Shown piece after piece: positions 28,440-39,270 of a stretch of DNA of 64,000 nt. Source of the DNA: Chiloscyllium plagiosum (Eukaryota). The translations under genes were made by a program, and so were the position numbers. Numbering within the stretch: the stretch's first letter is position 1; every line of letters begins with the position of its first letter. Location: assembly GCF_004010195.1 (NCBI RefSeq), contig NC_057750.1, forward strand, positions 8,036,084 to 8,100,083. The letters are read 5' to 3'. Below the pieces are notes generated by a model. The model saw only the letters and a program-made list of their open reading frames with translations, was not told the DNA's origin and made no database searches.

Positions 28440-28610
28440 TGGATGTAGGTTTGCTCACTGATATGGAAGGTTCGTTTTCAGATGTTTCGTCACCATACTA
28501 GGTAACATCTTCAGTGAGCCTCCGAATGAAGCACTGGTGGTGTAGTCCGCTTTGTATTAAATGTTTGAGTTTCCTTGGGCTGGTGGTGATGTCATTTCCT
28601 GTGGGTTTTT
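28440..28610 (-). mobile_element. PLE terminal repeat (family B) with a hammerhead motif at ~28478-28517
   Basis: Minus strand TCA-CTGAAGA-T-GTTACC-tagtat-GGTGAC-GAAA-C-ATC-TGA. Same family as the ends of the 38915-41757 element. Confidence 0.75.
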
Positions 28611-28619
28611 TGTCTTACC

Positions 28620-29130
28620 CATGTCAGAACAAACACAAGAATGCCAATTTCAAATAATCAAAGCAATATATATGCTACAGGAGAAAATGGTGCTGACTGG
28701 GGGGCACCATTGATGGTTTGCAAAAGGCAGATCACACACTGCAATTGCAAATCCCAAAACATCTATTGTTCCCGATTGTAAATTTGCAATTGGCAACAAT
28801 TGCTGAACTCCTGATTGTTCTCAAGCTCTTACAAAATCCAATTTAAGATTGCCAGTTGAGCTCATAAATACATACTATCATATATACAAGGGCCCATTCT
28901 CTGCAAACAAAAAGAATATGTTCAATCCTTCTGCCTTGTTTGAATTACCTGGAAGATCAGGGAACCTACAGTTTCTCCATTGTTTCCTTCATGGCAACAC
29001 TTGGGTCTATTAGAATAGACTTCCTAACGAATCAACACCCTTTTTCCTTGTAGTACAAATTCTCGTGGATACTCTCATTCTTTTGACCTTCCAAATTCCA
29101 TGTACCTGTCTCCTGAATGAAGGTATCCTT
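28620..29130. mobile_element. Degenerate PLE remnant (further family); related minus-strand copy ~54605-54960
   Basis: YIQGPILCKQKEYVQ-like GIY-YIG C-terminal remnant at ~28880, with oppositely oriented terminal-repeat-like ends. Confidence 0.4.
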
Positions 29131-29785
29131 GCCTATGCTTTAAAGTTAGTTATACATCTTTACGCTGTTTTCAAATCTATTATTTGGCTATTAAATCAAT
29201 TTGTTGCTTCTTTGTGAAAATAGTACGCATTAGAACTTTTCACTTATCCTGGTCTTTCCCTTCCAAAACATTAATTTATTTTATTCCTTGCATGATATGC
29301 TGGATATATAAGAGATCCGAAGGAAACGATAAGACAATTCCTTGGTCCTAAAATTCAGAGGTGGAGTCTAGCCTCAAAACATTCACTAGTCTTCTTCAGA
29401 TGCCCTCAAGTCGATTCACAAATTTGAAATGGAGAAAAACAAATTTGCAAGCTATCCTTTATTTTATGGAGGCATAATTAAAATATCACAGCCAAAATAA
29501 AACAATAAGAAATCAATTTTATTGTGGGCCTGTTAGACAAATCCATTCCCTAAAAACAAAATCTAATGTATTTCTAGCATTTTGTGTTCATTTTGGACTT
29601 GCAACGCATAACACAGATAATGGCCATTCACCCCAACAGGACTATACTCGGGGTTTACATTCCATTCAAGGCTCATTGAATCCTTTCTCATCTAAATGTA
29701 TCAATATCTCCTTCAATTCCTTTTGTCCTCACGTTCTTATTGAAATTCATTTAATTATTCTCAGCTGTGGCCTATGAAAGTAGAC

Positions 29786-29985
29786 AAGCTGGAGGTTGGA
29801 AGAACACAGCAAGGAGGCTGGAAGAACACAGCAAGCTAGGCAACATCAGAAGGGAGAGAAATCAATGTTTTGGGTGTAACCCTTTGAAAGTGACAAAAAC
29901 ATACATTGATGGAAAAACGCAGCAGCATCTGTGGAGAAAAATCAAATTTAGCATTTCGGGTCCAGTGACCCTTCTCCTGAAAGTG
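29786..29985 (-). mobile_element. Two degenerate PLE-derived terminal fragments
   Basis: Minus strand ...GAA-GGGTC-actg-GACCC-GAAA at ~29954-29975; 22-bp tandem duplication at 29791-29834. Confidence 0.55.
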
Positions 29986-30591
29986 AGTTCAATATTCCCA
30001 CCAGTTTCTGTGCAAAGCTACTTTCCTGTTGGACCAATAGTGACCACCTTACTTAAATATGGCCCACTTGACCTCATCTCAGCAATAAGTGGGACCACTT
30101 TCTCTCCATCTACCCTGACAAAACTTTTCACAATTATGAAGGCTTTTATCAGGTCGCACAACCCCTTTTCTTATCTGAAGAAAGGAGTCCCAAACCTGTT
30201 CAAGCTGCTTGTTATAACCTGTCAGTTATGGTTACAACCTTAAAAAAACCCTGCTCTTTTGAAAAATGCATAAACTCAATTATATCTACACCGCTTTTTA
30301 CTGTTACAATATAAAAATACTCAGTGGGTGGTTTTGGCAAGAAACAAGCGACAAGGCCTCTATTTTATGATAATTATTCGCCTCCATTGCTGTAAGATAC
30401 CCAAGCAAACATTAGAATGCTAAGTTTTACTTTTTGAACGATTAAACAGCCTCTACGTTAGTTCAGTTGTGTTCTCTTTATTATTTACAGAAAACCCTTC
30501 AAAGCTGGGCTCAGGTTAGGCCTCATCCTGCATTCAATCCATTTCGAAATGGAGTGGGGGGGGGGGGGAAATGAGAAATATCACCACTTAC

Positions 30592-30594
30592 CAT
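30592..30594 (-). CDS. AP2S1: AP2S1 exon 1 coding part (initiator ATG only)
   Basis: Minus strand reads gcagagtcgtaATG|gtaagt (consensus donor, purine at -3) at the edge of the CpG-rich promoter. It joins in frame to exon 2 to give M-IRFILIQ. Implied intron 1 is 13296-30591. Confidence 0.85.
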
Positions 30595-30740
30595 TACGAC
30601 TCTGCTTTTGGGGGTGGTTTTCTTCTTATAAACTACTGTGTTTTATGGGTGTTTATTGCTTTTCTTTTGCCGGGACATATGATGTTTTATTTCAGAGGCG
30701 ACACTTTTTTTTCCCTCTCAGTCACCGCTGACTGTCAGAA
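30595..30740 (-). other. AP2S1: Probable 5' UTR of AP2S1 exon 1 (TSS approximate)
   Basis: Lies between the ATG/donor and the NRF1/ZNF143 motifs at 30756-30798. TSS cannot be determined from sequence. Confidence 0.5.
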
Positions 30741-30778
30741 CCCGCATCACGCCACTACGCATGCGCAGCCCTCCCCAA

Positions 30779-30798
30779 GGCACTCTGGGGAATGTAGT
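30779..30798 (-). promoter_or_regulatory. ZNF143 (SBS)-type motif facing AP2S1
   Basis: Minus strand ACTACATTCCCCAGAGTGCC resembles the ACTACAnnTCCCAnnnnGC ZNF143/THAP11 composite motif. Confidence 0.7.
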
Positions 30799-31120
30799 CC
30801 TTTCCACCCACTCCCTATCGCCTCCTCCCCCTCTCCCAAGTGCACCATAATCAAATCAATGACAATGCACCCCCTTTGGGGTGTTAAAGGAAATATTTTC
30901 TGCCGGGAGATGTTGTTATTTAAAAAAACACAAACGACGCTTCAAATAACGAATATGACTCTCCAGTTGTCTCTTGATTCTAGCCATGTTAAGCAAGCCT
31001 ATTACTGACCATCGACATTAGGATGTCGCCCCTACCAAGGAAGACAATTGCATTGCAATTCATTGCGATGCTGAATGGATTAAATAATGCAACAGCTTTG
31101 CTCAGCTGGGGAGGCAAGAG

Positions 31121-31140
31121 ACTACATTTCCCGGCACCCT
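31121..31140 (+). promoter_or_regulatory. ZNF143 (SBS)-type motif facing the plus-strand gene
   Basis: ACTACATTTCCCGGCACCCT, same composite motif class. Confidence 0.7.
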
Positions 31141-31349
31141 GGGTCGCGCACCACTTCCGGCCCGGCGGCACCGCCTCCGTCCACTTCCTGCCGCTCTCTT
31201 CCCCGCCCGCAGCTGGCGGCCTACAACCTAACGTGCTGGGTGGACGCCCGAGTCTGATTGACGTGAAGGAAGCGCAATAAAAACTGTCTCTCCGTGGAGA
31301 CCGACCAATGGAGACCAAGAAAGGGAGGGCGGTGATTTAAAAAAAAATG

Positions 31350-32003
31350 AAACCAGCAAGTTTGGTTGGGAGGGCAAATTACGAAGGTGGAGAAGGAGAA
31401 GAAGAGAGAGGGGGAAGGGGAAAAAAAATCTTATTGTCGTGAGGCCAGTTCTTTTTATTTTGAGGGGAAAATTTGTGGCGGCAGCGGCTTTTGGTCGACA
31501 TTTTTGAGTGGAAGTCAGGCGTGGCCTATCGAATGGTGTGTGCGGAGGTGGATTTTTGTTGATGTTTGACTAATTGTTTGAGGATCGGGGAGGAGGAGGA
31601 AAGAAAAATATATTTGTCCCTTGGAGGAGGAGATATCACCTGACCCGTCGAATCAGTGCGCCTCCATGGCGGCCTGAGAAGCATCATGAACGATGTCTGC
31701 TCCTGGGGGGGATCCAGCAGCAGCAGAGAGAAAAAGTTGTTGAAGGGGAATAGTACGGGAGAAATATCCGCCATTTCTGTCCAGTCATAGATTTGCAAGA
31801 GGACCGAGAGCAAAGAGAAAGCAAAAGAGAGGGTTGGGAAAAAAAACCAACATCACTTTAATCCACACACATTCCCTCTCCTCCAAATCTGTCCTGTGAT
31901 TCCTGAGGAAAACAAGATGTCTGCTGACCATTAATTTAAAAAAAAATCCCCAGGAACAAATCTATATCTATTATTTGTCTCATCTTGTGGAAAGAAAGCT
32001 AAG
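31350..32003 (+). other. Putative non-coding first exon of a divergent plus-strand gene, probably ARHGAP35 (p190A RhoGAP); start approximate
   Basis: Repeat-free sequence downstream of the promoter motifs, ending in donor AAG|gtaggg (32003/32004). No long ORF. Identity is inferred only from the human head-to-head AP2S1-ARHGAP35 arrangement; no ARHGAP35 coding sequence seen here. Confidence 0.5.
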
Positions 32004-34988
32004 GTAGGGAGATATTTTCTTTTCTTTCTCCTCTCTCTCTCTTTGCTTCCACCCTCAGTTTTTTTTTCTTCCCGTTGAATGGATCCTTAATTTGTATTCT
32101 AAGCCTGATCTTTCTCTCTGATTTTGGCATCCAAGCATTTATTTCGTTGGAAATATTTCAAGGTTTTTTTTTGTTAGTTTTTGTTTCGTACATGTATTTT
32201 CAGAACAGCCAAAGGAATAAAAATTTGTAGAATACTTGATGTGGCTGAGTGTGCCATGTGTCAAAATGTGTTGAAGAACTAATTTCGTTTTTCGTTGTTT
32301 AGAAATGAATGACACCTTTCTCTTCCCAGAATGAGTTTTAACATTTTGTAGGATTTTGTAAGGAACGTTAAGGAAATGTATCTTTTTTTCAGTGCTTTGC
32401 AGTTCTAATTTTTGAAATCTGAATTTTTAATTGTATAAATGTATTGCTATCACCTCTAACATAAAGCACAGAATTATTTAAATGCTTTTTGCAGAATAAG
32501 TTTTAGCACCTTCAAGGCAATCCAGTGTTAAGACTTAACTCAAATTGTATAGGAGTGATAAAGATACAACTGTATCTGGATAATGTGTTATTGATTAATT
32601 TTGGACATTAAATTCTCATTCTGTTTTCCATTCCTAAAAATCTAGATGGATTAATAGCTGAAATAGAAGAAAAAATAGTTTGGCTTTTTTAAAAAAAAAA
32701 GTGAGTGGGTTTGTTTGTTTCTCTCTTCCTTTCTTCAGTTAAGGAACATGTATATGCTGACATTAAACATAGTACATTCACGGATGTAGTGATTTCTGCT
32801 TTTAATGAGCATGGTGCACTCTGTATTTAAACAGTGACTTCAAGTCTACAAACTCTATCTGAACCCTTCTCCTCCCCCTTTTTGAATATATGTGGAATAT
32901 GTCTTGACATGTTGGGTATCCATTGCGTGAAGCACATGTTTGTGGTATGCATCCAAAAGGTCGACTTCTGGTTTATTATGTTGAAGTGTACTTTTATGGG
33001 GTGGGGTGAGGGGAGTTGTTTATGTTCGTGATTCAGTGAACTATTGTGAAGGGATACACGGCCTTGTATCACAAGGCATTAAGAGGTTAGAATTGAGGTG
33101 ATATTAGAAATTGAGTTCTGCTCTTATTTTAAGAAGGTTCCTTTTAATCTGCTTATCAACTGCATTATTTTAAGACCATGTTCCCAGTAAAATTTAATGG
33201 AATGACTGCAATTTAGCCCCTTCCAAATTTAGTCATAATTTTTCTTGATGCTGATCAATTCAGGATTATCATTTACCAATTTGCAGTCAGAGACAATAAC
33301 ATAAATAACTGTATCAAAACCCCTCTCAATTTTTGAGCTGGTTTATTGATTGCAGCATGATAAAATGGCAAATCCTGTGTGTTAGATACCAGTATCAAAA
33401 CTACGAACTTAAGTAATGTAATCAGCTAGGCCCGGGATTCGTGGTTTGTGGTGAGTGAGCTGTCCTTAGTTGTGATGGTAGCTGCCCTTCTGGGAGGCAG
33501 AGAGATATTCGGTTAGTATTTTCACTGCTGCTTTTCAGCGAAACATGGGTGTGTGCAGAGCTTCAAGGTTCAGTTGTGATGACTACTGTGAATGGATAGG
33601 CTGCAGAAGTTCCCTGGTGAGCCTCGTGCATCTGGAATGACCTTGTTAACAGCCATAGAATTGGAACTTAAAAAATGAAATCTAAATTGTTGTATATAAA
33701 TGGTTTTGTTATTCTGTTTTCAGTTAACCTGTAGATCATTTTTTGGTCATTTTTGACTTCCATTCTCTCTCTTCCCCCTTCCGCCTCCAGAAAAAATTAC
33801 CCTAATGAATGTCTATGCAGCAAGAATTGCAACCCGAGCCATCTTCCAATCATAAGAGGCTCTGTAACATTCTAAAATTATAAATTATTTTAATCTTCAA
33901 AGATTAATCTTGGCAATTACACAAGTCGGTTTGTGTAATGATTTCATCTTGATTTTCATATTTTTAAATTCTTGGAGGTTAGCATATTTAAAAAAAACAA
34001 TTAGACCAAAAAATCCTTGCTGCAGTGTATATAATTTAAAAAAAAACTGCAATGAATTAATACATGAAGGCCAATTGATTGCTTAAAACAAATCATTCAT
34101 GTTTTAGAATTTTAACATGTTCGATTTTAAAATAAAGAACTAATGATAGTTGCTGCTGATGGCTTGCATGAGGACACACTGCATTACGACATGCAGAATT
34201 TTCTCCCGTATGATTTCTTGATTGTCATCTTTTAGCCAACAGGGATTTCTAACTGACAAATATGGCATTATCCAGAGTTTTGGGGGAGGGTTTGGGTGCA
34301 GGGATCAGTGATGTCTCTTATGCTGTTTCACCTGCTCAGAGTGGATTCCCAGGGGTGGCCTTGTCTTCAATGTTTATGGTGACTGACTGAATTTGGCACG
34401 ATGATGACCCTACAGTTTGCTATTGTCTCCACATCTGCTTAATAAAAATACTTTCTATTTCAGAAAATGTATGTATCCACCTCTACCTCCCACCACCACT
34501 GTATTACCACCTATATGTTGTGCTAAATCCCCTAATCTACACTTACAACATCAGTTTCCGGCTGAGTCCAAAGTCCTCCAATCCACACCTTAATTCTAAT
34601 CTTTAATACTCTCCACAAACTATTATTGATTCAGAATGCCGCAGTCCAAGTCCTCGTGAGTAGCCTTCACTAGAGGCAATGTGTGTTCATGTTCAAGTTT
34701 GGAGACTGTGTTTCCATCGCAGATGAAGACATTAACAAGAAAAAGGACAGAATTAAATGTCTGTATGTATTATAGGTTAAAGCTTCAGCTAATGAACTGA
34801 CAAATGAGCTAGTGATTTCTTATTCTAGAGATTAATACTTGGAACTGATTTTATATTTTGAAGGACTTCATCATTGTCCATGTAATATCATTTTAACATA
34901 ATGATATTTTAAATGTATTATTGAACTGTGTGAATTCTTGACAAGCACTTTAATTTAAATGCTTGTAATGTTTCCTGTGCCATCATGT

Positions 34989-35255
34989 AGGGAGGTGATG
35001 GCCTAGTGATATTATTGCTGGACTGGTAATCCTAAAACCTAATGTAATGTTCTGGGGGCCCAGGTCTGAATTCCACCAGGGCAGGTGGTCAATTTAAATT
35101 CAATAAAAATCTGGAATTTGGGAATCTGATAACCTGGCCTACGTGTGACTCCAAGTCCACAGCAACGTGGTTGGCTCTTAATTCCCCTCTGGGCACTTAG
35201 ACAATAAACGCTGGCCTAGCCAGTGACACCCTCATCCCATGAATAAATAAAAAAG
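34989..35255 (+). mobile_element. Shark tRNA-derived SINE (internally deleted), family name uncertain
   Basis: Head gggaggtgatggcctagtg, body ctggcctacgtgtgactcc, tail catcccatgaataaataaaaa. Homologous to 56071-56413. Confidence 0.75.
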
Positions 35256-36258
35256 AATGTGGACAGTACTAGATCTGATGCGTAGCTTTACATTTTTTTT
35301 TGCTAGTAATGTAATTCTAAACTCTCTCTCTTTTAGATGCAAAGTATGGCCCTGAAGTAGAGAGAAGGAAGGAGGGCAGTTAGTGTTGGATGAGGAAATA
35401 ATCAACAAATTGTGAAGTGATTTAATATTTTTGGGAACAGGGTTATGTGAAGAAATTGTTCTTGTTTAGGTGTCTGGTGTTTTGCCTTTCCTATTTCAGG
35501 TCTGTAAAGTTGAAAAGTAGAGAATAGCTATTCAGAACATAAGAATGTGATCTTCTACCTGTAAGGATTCTTATCTCCAGGTGAGATATTATCAGGCGAT
35601 CTGTGGACTGGTGTTTCCACATGAGAATTGATTTTAAATCCTGCAGGATGGTGGCATGGGATGAAAGCAAAGTATTTCATTTGGAAATTAGCTCATCAAT
35701 TCTAGATTATTCACTAGGTAGTACTTACTATTCTGGTCACGACATAGAAATGAAAATATAGATAAGGTTTATAAAAATGTTGCCAGAGCTGGAGTCTTTT
35801 TAGTTATGAATTGGGATTGGAAGGCTGCACCTGTGTCCTCTGCAACAGAGGCGGTCAGGGGACAGATTTAATAGAAGGTGTACAAAAGTTGAGGGGTCTC
35901 GTCAGGATTGATAGGAAAGACCTCTTATTATTTTATCAGAATTTGATAAGTAGGGAGAAGAAATTTTAAACTAATAGTTTAGAAATATTGAAATGGTTTT
36001 TTGTCACCAAGATAGTGCAGCTTTGCAACCTAAAAAGAGTTGTACAAGTAGAAGTCTCCATTACATCATAAAATATTTGGGTCTGCTTTTGAAATACAGT
36101 AAGTTACCGGGCTATGCATCAAGAGCTAGTGTGTGTTTATTTGGGCCTGAGTGGCTTTTATTGTCAACCAGGACAGGATGGGCCTAATGCAGCATCAGTA
36201 GTCCTTTTGATAGCAATGGTCACCTTGTGACATGGAGTTAATGGAAACAAACTTAGGA

Positions 36259-36480
36259 TGAAACTTTATTGCTGGAACAGCACAGCAGGTCAGGCAGCAT
36301 CCAGGGAACAGGAGATTCGACGTTTCGGGCACAGGCCCTTCTTCAGGAATGGCCTGAAGAAGGGCCTGTGCCCGAAACGTCGAATCTCCTGTTCCCTGGA
36401 TGCTGCCTGACCTGCTGTGCTGTTCCAGCAATAAAGTTTCAACCTTGATCTCCAGCATCTGCAGACCTCACTTTCTCCTC
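36259..36480. mobile_element. Young fold-back hammerhead-type PLE mini-element with perfect 14-bp TSD
   Basis: 89-bp perfect inverted repeat (36259-36347 / 36353-36441), unpaired tail to 36480, TSD aaacaaacttagga at 36245-36258 and 36481-36494. Core CTGAAGA-A-GGGC-ctgt-GCCC-GAAA-C-GTC in both arms. Confidence 0.92.
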
Positions 36481-36807
36481 AAACAAACTTAGGAGTTGAG
36501 TATATCAGTTAACACGTCTTATGTATAATTTAATATTAATATCTTTTAAAACATGTAAAAACTGCACTTACTGTGTAACTGGTTCGATGTGCTAGTAATG
36601 CCAATTCTTGATGCTTTTTGTGCTACTTAGTGACTAGTGCGCACCTAAACCAACAGACACTCTTACTTCCGGTTGTTTCTTTACTGGGTTATTAGCATAA
36701 AAATTAAGTTTTTTTTCCCCCTGTTATTCATTCACTGGAGTGAGGGTTTAGCTGGGCACGCCAGTTTTTGCCCATTCTAGAGGGCAGTTAAGAGTTGGGA
36801 GTCACAG

Positions 36808-37000
36808 GAAGTGAAAATGAGGTCTGCAGATGCTGGAGATCAGAGATGGAAATGTGTTGCTGGAGAAGCGCAGCAGGTCAGGCAGCATCTAGGGAACAGG
36901 AGAATCGACGTTTCGGGCATTCGCCCTTCTTCAGGAATGAGGAAAGTTTGTCCAGCTGGCTAAGATAAAAGATAGGGAGGAGGGACTTGGGGGAGGGGCA
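36808..37000 (-). mobile_element. 3' terminal repeat of a Penelope-like element with intact hammerhead core
   Basis: Minus strand ATTC-CTGAAGA-A-GGGC-gaat-GCCC-GAAA-C-GTC (~36902-36938), then the same body and tail as the mini-elements. Confidence 0.8.
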
Positions 37001-37200
37001 TAAGGACTTGGTGTATAAGGACTTTAGCAAGGTATTTGATATGGTTCCCCATGGTAGGCTCATTTAGAAAGTAATGAGGCATGGGATATAGGGAAACCCG
37101 CCTGGTTAGATAATAAATTGGCTGACCCATAGAAGACAGGGTGAGATTAAATGGATAGTTTTCAGCTTGGAGCACGGTGACCAATGGTGTTCTGAAGGGA
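37001..37200 (+). mobile_element. CR1 RT fragment next to the gap
   Basis: Reads YKDFSKVFDMVPHGRL, the CR1 RT motif A region. Confidence 0.75.
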
Positions 37201-37825
37201 NNNNNNNNNNNNNNNNNNNNNNNNNNNNNNNNNNNNNNNNNNNNNNNNNNNNNNNNNNNNNNNNNNNNNNNNNNNNNNNNNNNNNNNNNNNNNNNNNNNN
37301 NNNNNNNNNNNNNNNNNNNNNNNNNNNNNNNNNNNNNNNNNNNNNNNNNNNNNNNNNNNNNNNNNNNNNNNNNNNNNNNNNNNNNNNNNNNNNNNNNNNN
37401 NNNNNNNNNNNNNNNNNNNNNNNNNNNNNNNNNNNNNNNNNNNNNNNNNNNNNNNNNNNNNNNNNNNNNNNNNNNNNNNNNNNNNNNNNNNNNNNNNNNN
37501 NNNNNNNNNNNNNNNNNNNNNNNNNNNNNNNNNNNNNNNNNNNNNNNNNNNNNNNNNNNNNNNNNNNNNNNNNNNNNNNNNNNNNNNNNNNNNNNNNNNN
37601 NNNNNNNNNNNNNNNNNNNNNNNNNNNNNNNNNNNNNNNNNNNNNNNNNNNNNNNNNNNNNNNNNNNNNNNNNNNNNNNNNNNNNNNNNNNNNNNNNNNN
37701 NNNNNNNNNNNNNNNNNNNNNNNNNNNNNNNNNNNNNNNNNNNNNNNNNNNNNNNNNNNNNNNNNNNNNNNNNNNNNNNNNNNNNNNNNNNNNNNNNNNN
37801 NNNNNNNNNNNNNNNNNNNNNNNNN
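37201..37825. other. Assembly gap (N run)
   Basis: 625 N characters. Confidence 1.
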
Positions 37826-38435
37826 TTCGGTCGCCTGAGGTAGAAATAGAAAGGTCGAGGAAGGGGAGGGATTAATCTGAGACTGTCCAGGTGAATTTGA
37901 GGTCGGGGTGGAAGGTGTTGGTGAAGTGGATGAACTGTTCAACCTCCTCGTGGGAGCACGCGGCGGCGCCGATACAGTCATCGATGTAGTGGAGGAAAAG
38001 GTGGGGGGTGGGGCCAGTGTCGTTGCGGAAGATGGATTGTTCCACATATCCTACGAAGAGGCAGGCATAGCTGGGGCCCATGCGGGTGCCCATGGCTACT
38101 CCTTTCGTTTGGAGGAAGTGGGAGGATTGGAAAGAGAAGTTGTTCAGTGTGAGGACCAGTTCAGTCAGTCGAAGGAGGGTGTCAGTGGAAGGGTACTGGT
38201 CGGTAAGGCGATAAAGAAAGAAGCGGAGTGCTTTGAGTCCTTCGTGATGGGGGATGGAGGTGTACAGGGACTGGGTGTCCCTGGTGAAGATAAGGCGTTG
38301 GGGACCGGGGAAGCGAAAATCATGGAGCAGGTGGAGGGCGTGGGTGGTGTCCCGAACGTAGGTGGGGAGTTCTTGGACTAAGGGGGACAGGACGGTGTCA
38401 AGGTAGGCGGAGAGGAGTTCGGTGGGGCAGGAGCA
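37826..38435 (-). pseudogene. Penelope-like reverse transcriptase fragment (5'-truncated)
   Basis: Minus frame open from ~38435 to a TAA at 37872: CPTELLSAYLD...IFTRDTQSLYTSIPH...NNFSF...FLQTKGVAMGTRMGPSYACLFVGYVE...FLHYIDD...LKFTW. After the stop it continues SLPFLDLSI. These are PLE RT motifs A-E. Confidence 0.88.
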
Positions 38436-38515
38436 AAATGGCAGTTTCCTTCCCTAAAGGGCATTAGTGAACCAGATGGGTTTTCCAACGATCAATAATG
38501 GTTTCAGGGGTCATT

Positions 38516-38858
38516 GGAGTGGCATGGTGGCTCAGTGGTTAGCACTACTGCCGCAAAGCGCCAGGGACCTAGGTTCGAATTCAGCCTCTGGCAACTCTGT
38601 GTGGAGTTTGCATATTCTCCCTGTGTCTGTGTGGGTTTCCTCTGTGCTCCAGTGTCCTCCCACAGTCCAAAGATGTGCAGGTTAGTGAATTGGCCATGTG
38701 AAATTGCCCATGTTGTTCAGGGATGTGTAGGTTAGGTACATTAGTCAGGAGTAAATGTAGGATAATAGGGTAGGAGAATGGGTCTGGGTGGGTTACTCTT
38801 CAGAGTGGACTTTTTGGGCCAAATGGCCTGTTTTCACACAGTAGGGATTCTGTGATTC
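38516..38858 (+). mobile_element. HE1-type V-SINE
   Basis: tRNA-like head ggtggctcagtggttagcact, V-domain gtggagtttgcatattctccc...gtgggtttcc, CR1-like tail gtagggattct. Confidence 0.9.
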
Positions 38859-39270
38859 GACTCTGAATTCCAGATTTTGTTTGATTATTGAATTCAAATT
38901 CAACCATCTGCCATGTTGTAAGTTTGCTTGCTGAGCTGGCAGGTTTGCTTTCAGATGATTCCACACCATGATAGGTAATGTCATCAGTGAGCCTCTGGTG
39001 AAGCGCTGGTGTTCTGTCCCACTTTCTACATGTGTGTCTTGGTCCCTTAAGATGGGTGACGTCATTTCTGGGTCTTTTGCTGAGAGATTGGTAAATGGGG
39101 TCCAGATCGACATGTTTATTGATTGAATTCCAGTTTGAATGCCAGGCCTCTAGGAATTCCTGTGTGTGTCTCTGTTTAGTCTGTCCAAGGATGGATGTGT
39201 TGTCCCAGTCGAAGTGGTGTCCTCCTTCGTCTGTATGTCAGGATACTAGTGATAGTGGGTCATGTCTTTT

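Larger units (their letters stand above)
30590..31700. promoter_or_regulatory. CpG-rich bidirectional (head-to-head) promoter
   Basis: Local CpG/GC enrichment against an AT-rich, CpG-poor background. Motifs: NRF1-like TACGCATGCGCA 30756-30767; ETS/GABP CACTTCCGG 31152-31160 and CACTTCCTG 31182-31190; GC box 31201-31209; TGACGT ~31259; CCAAT ~31304; YY1-like ATGGCGGC 31666 and CCGCCATTT ~31768. First exons point outward on both sides. Confidence 0.85.

Noticed and set aside
31004..31012. Second minus-strand ATG|gtcagt as AP2S1 exon 1
   Set aside because: Weaker donor than ATG|gtaagt at 30592, and it lies between the two outward-facing promoter motifs. It cannot be excluded as a minor alternative.
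29767..31318. ORFs of 109-158 aa near the promoter
   Set aside because: They cross repeat fragments or promoter sequence and show no recognisable protein similarity or splice context.
32895..32945. p53-like half-sites (gacatgttg, gcacatgttt)
   Set aside because: Mismatched and not arranged as a proper full site; expected by chance.
36259..36480. Palindromic minis as MITEs, pre-miRNAs or CRISPR-like repeats
   Set aside because: The asymmetric tail, variable 10-14 bp TSDs, single-arm copies and match to a PLE terminus fit retroposition. There is no repeat-spacer array, and the context is eukaryotic.
37106..38047. Long ORFs (223-313 aa) in the ORF track
   Set aside because: Artefacts of translating through the N gap.
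38516..38590. tRNA-like sequences (also ~42383, ~46170, ~34989, ~56071)
   Set aside because: These are SINE heads continuing into SINE bodies, not tRNA genes.
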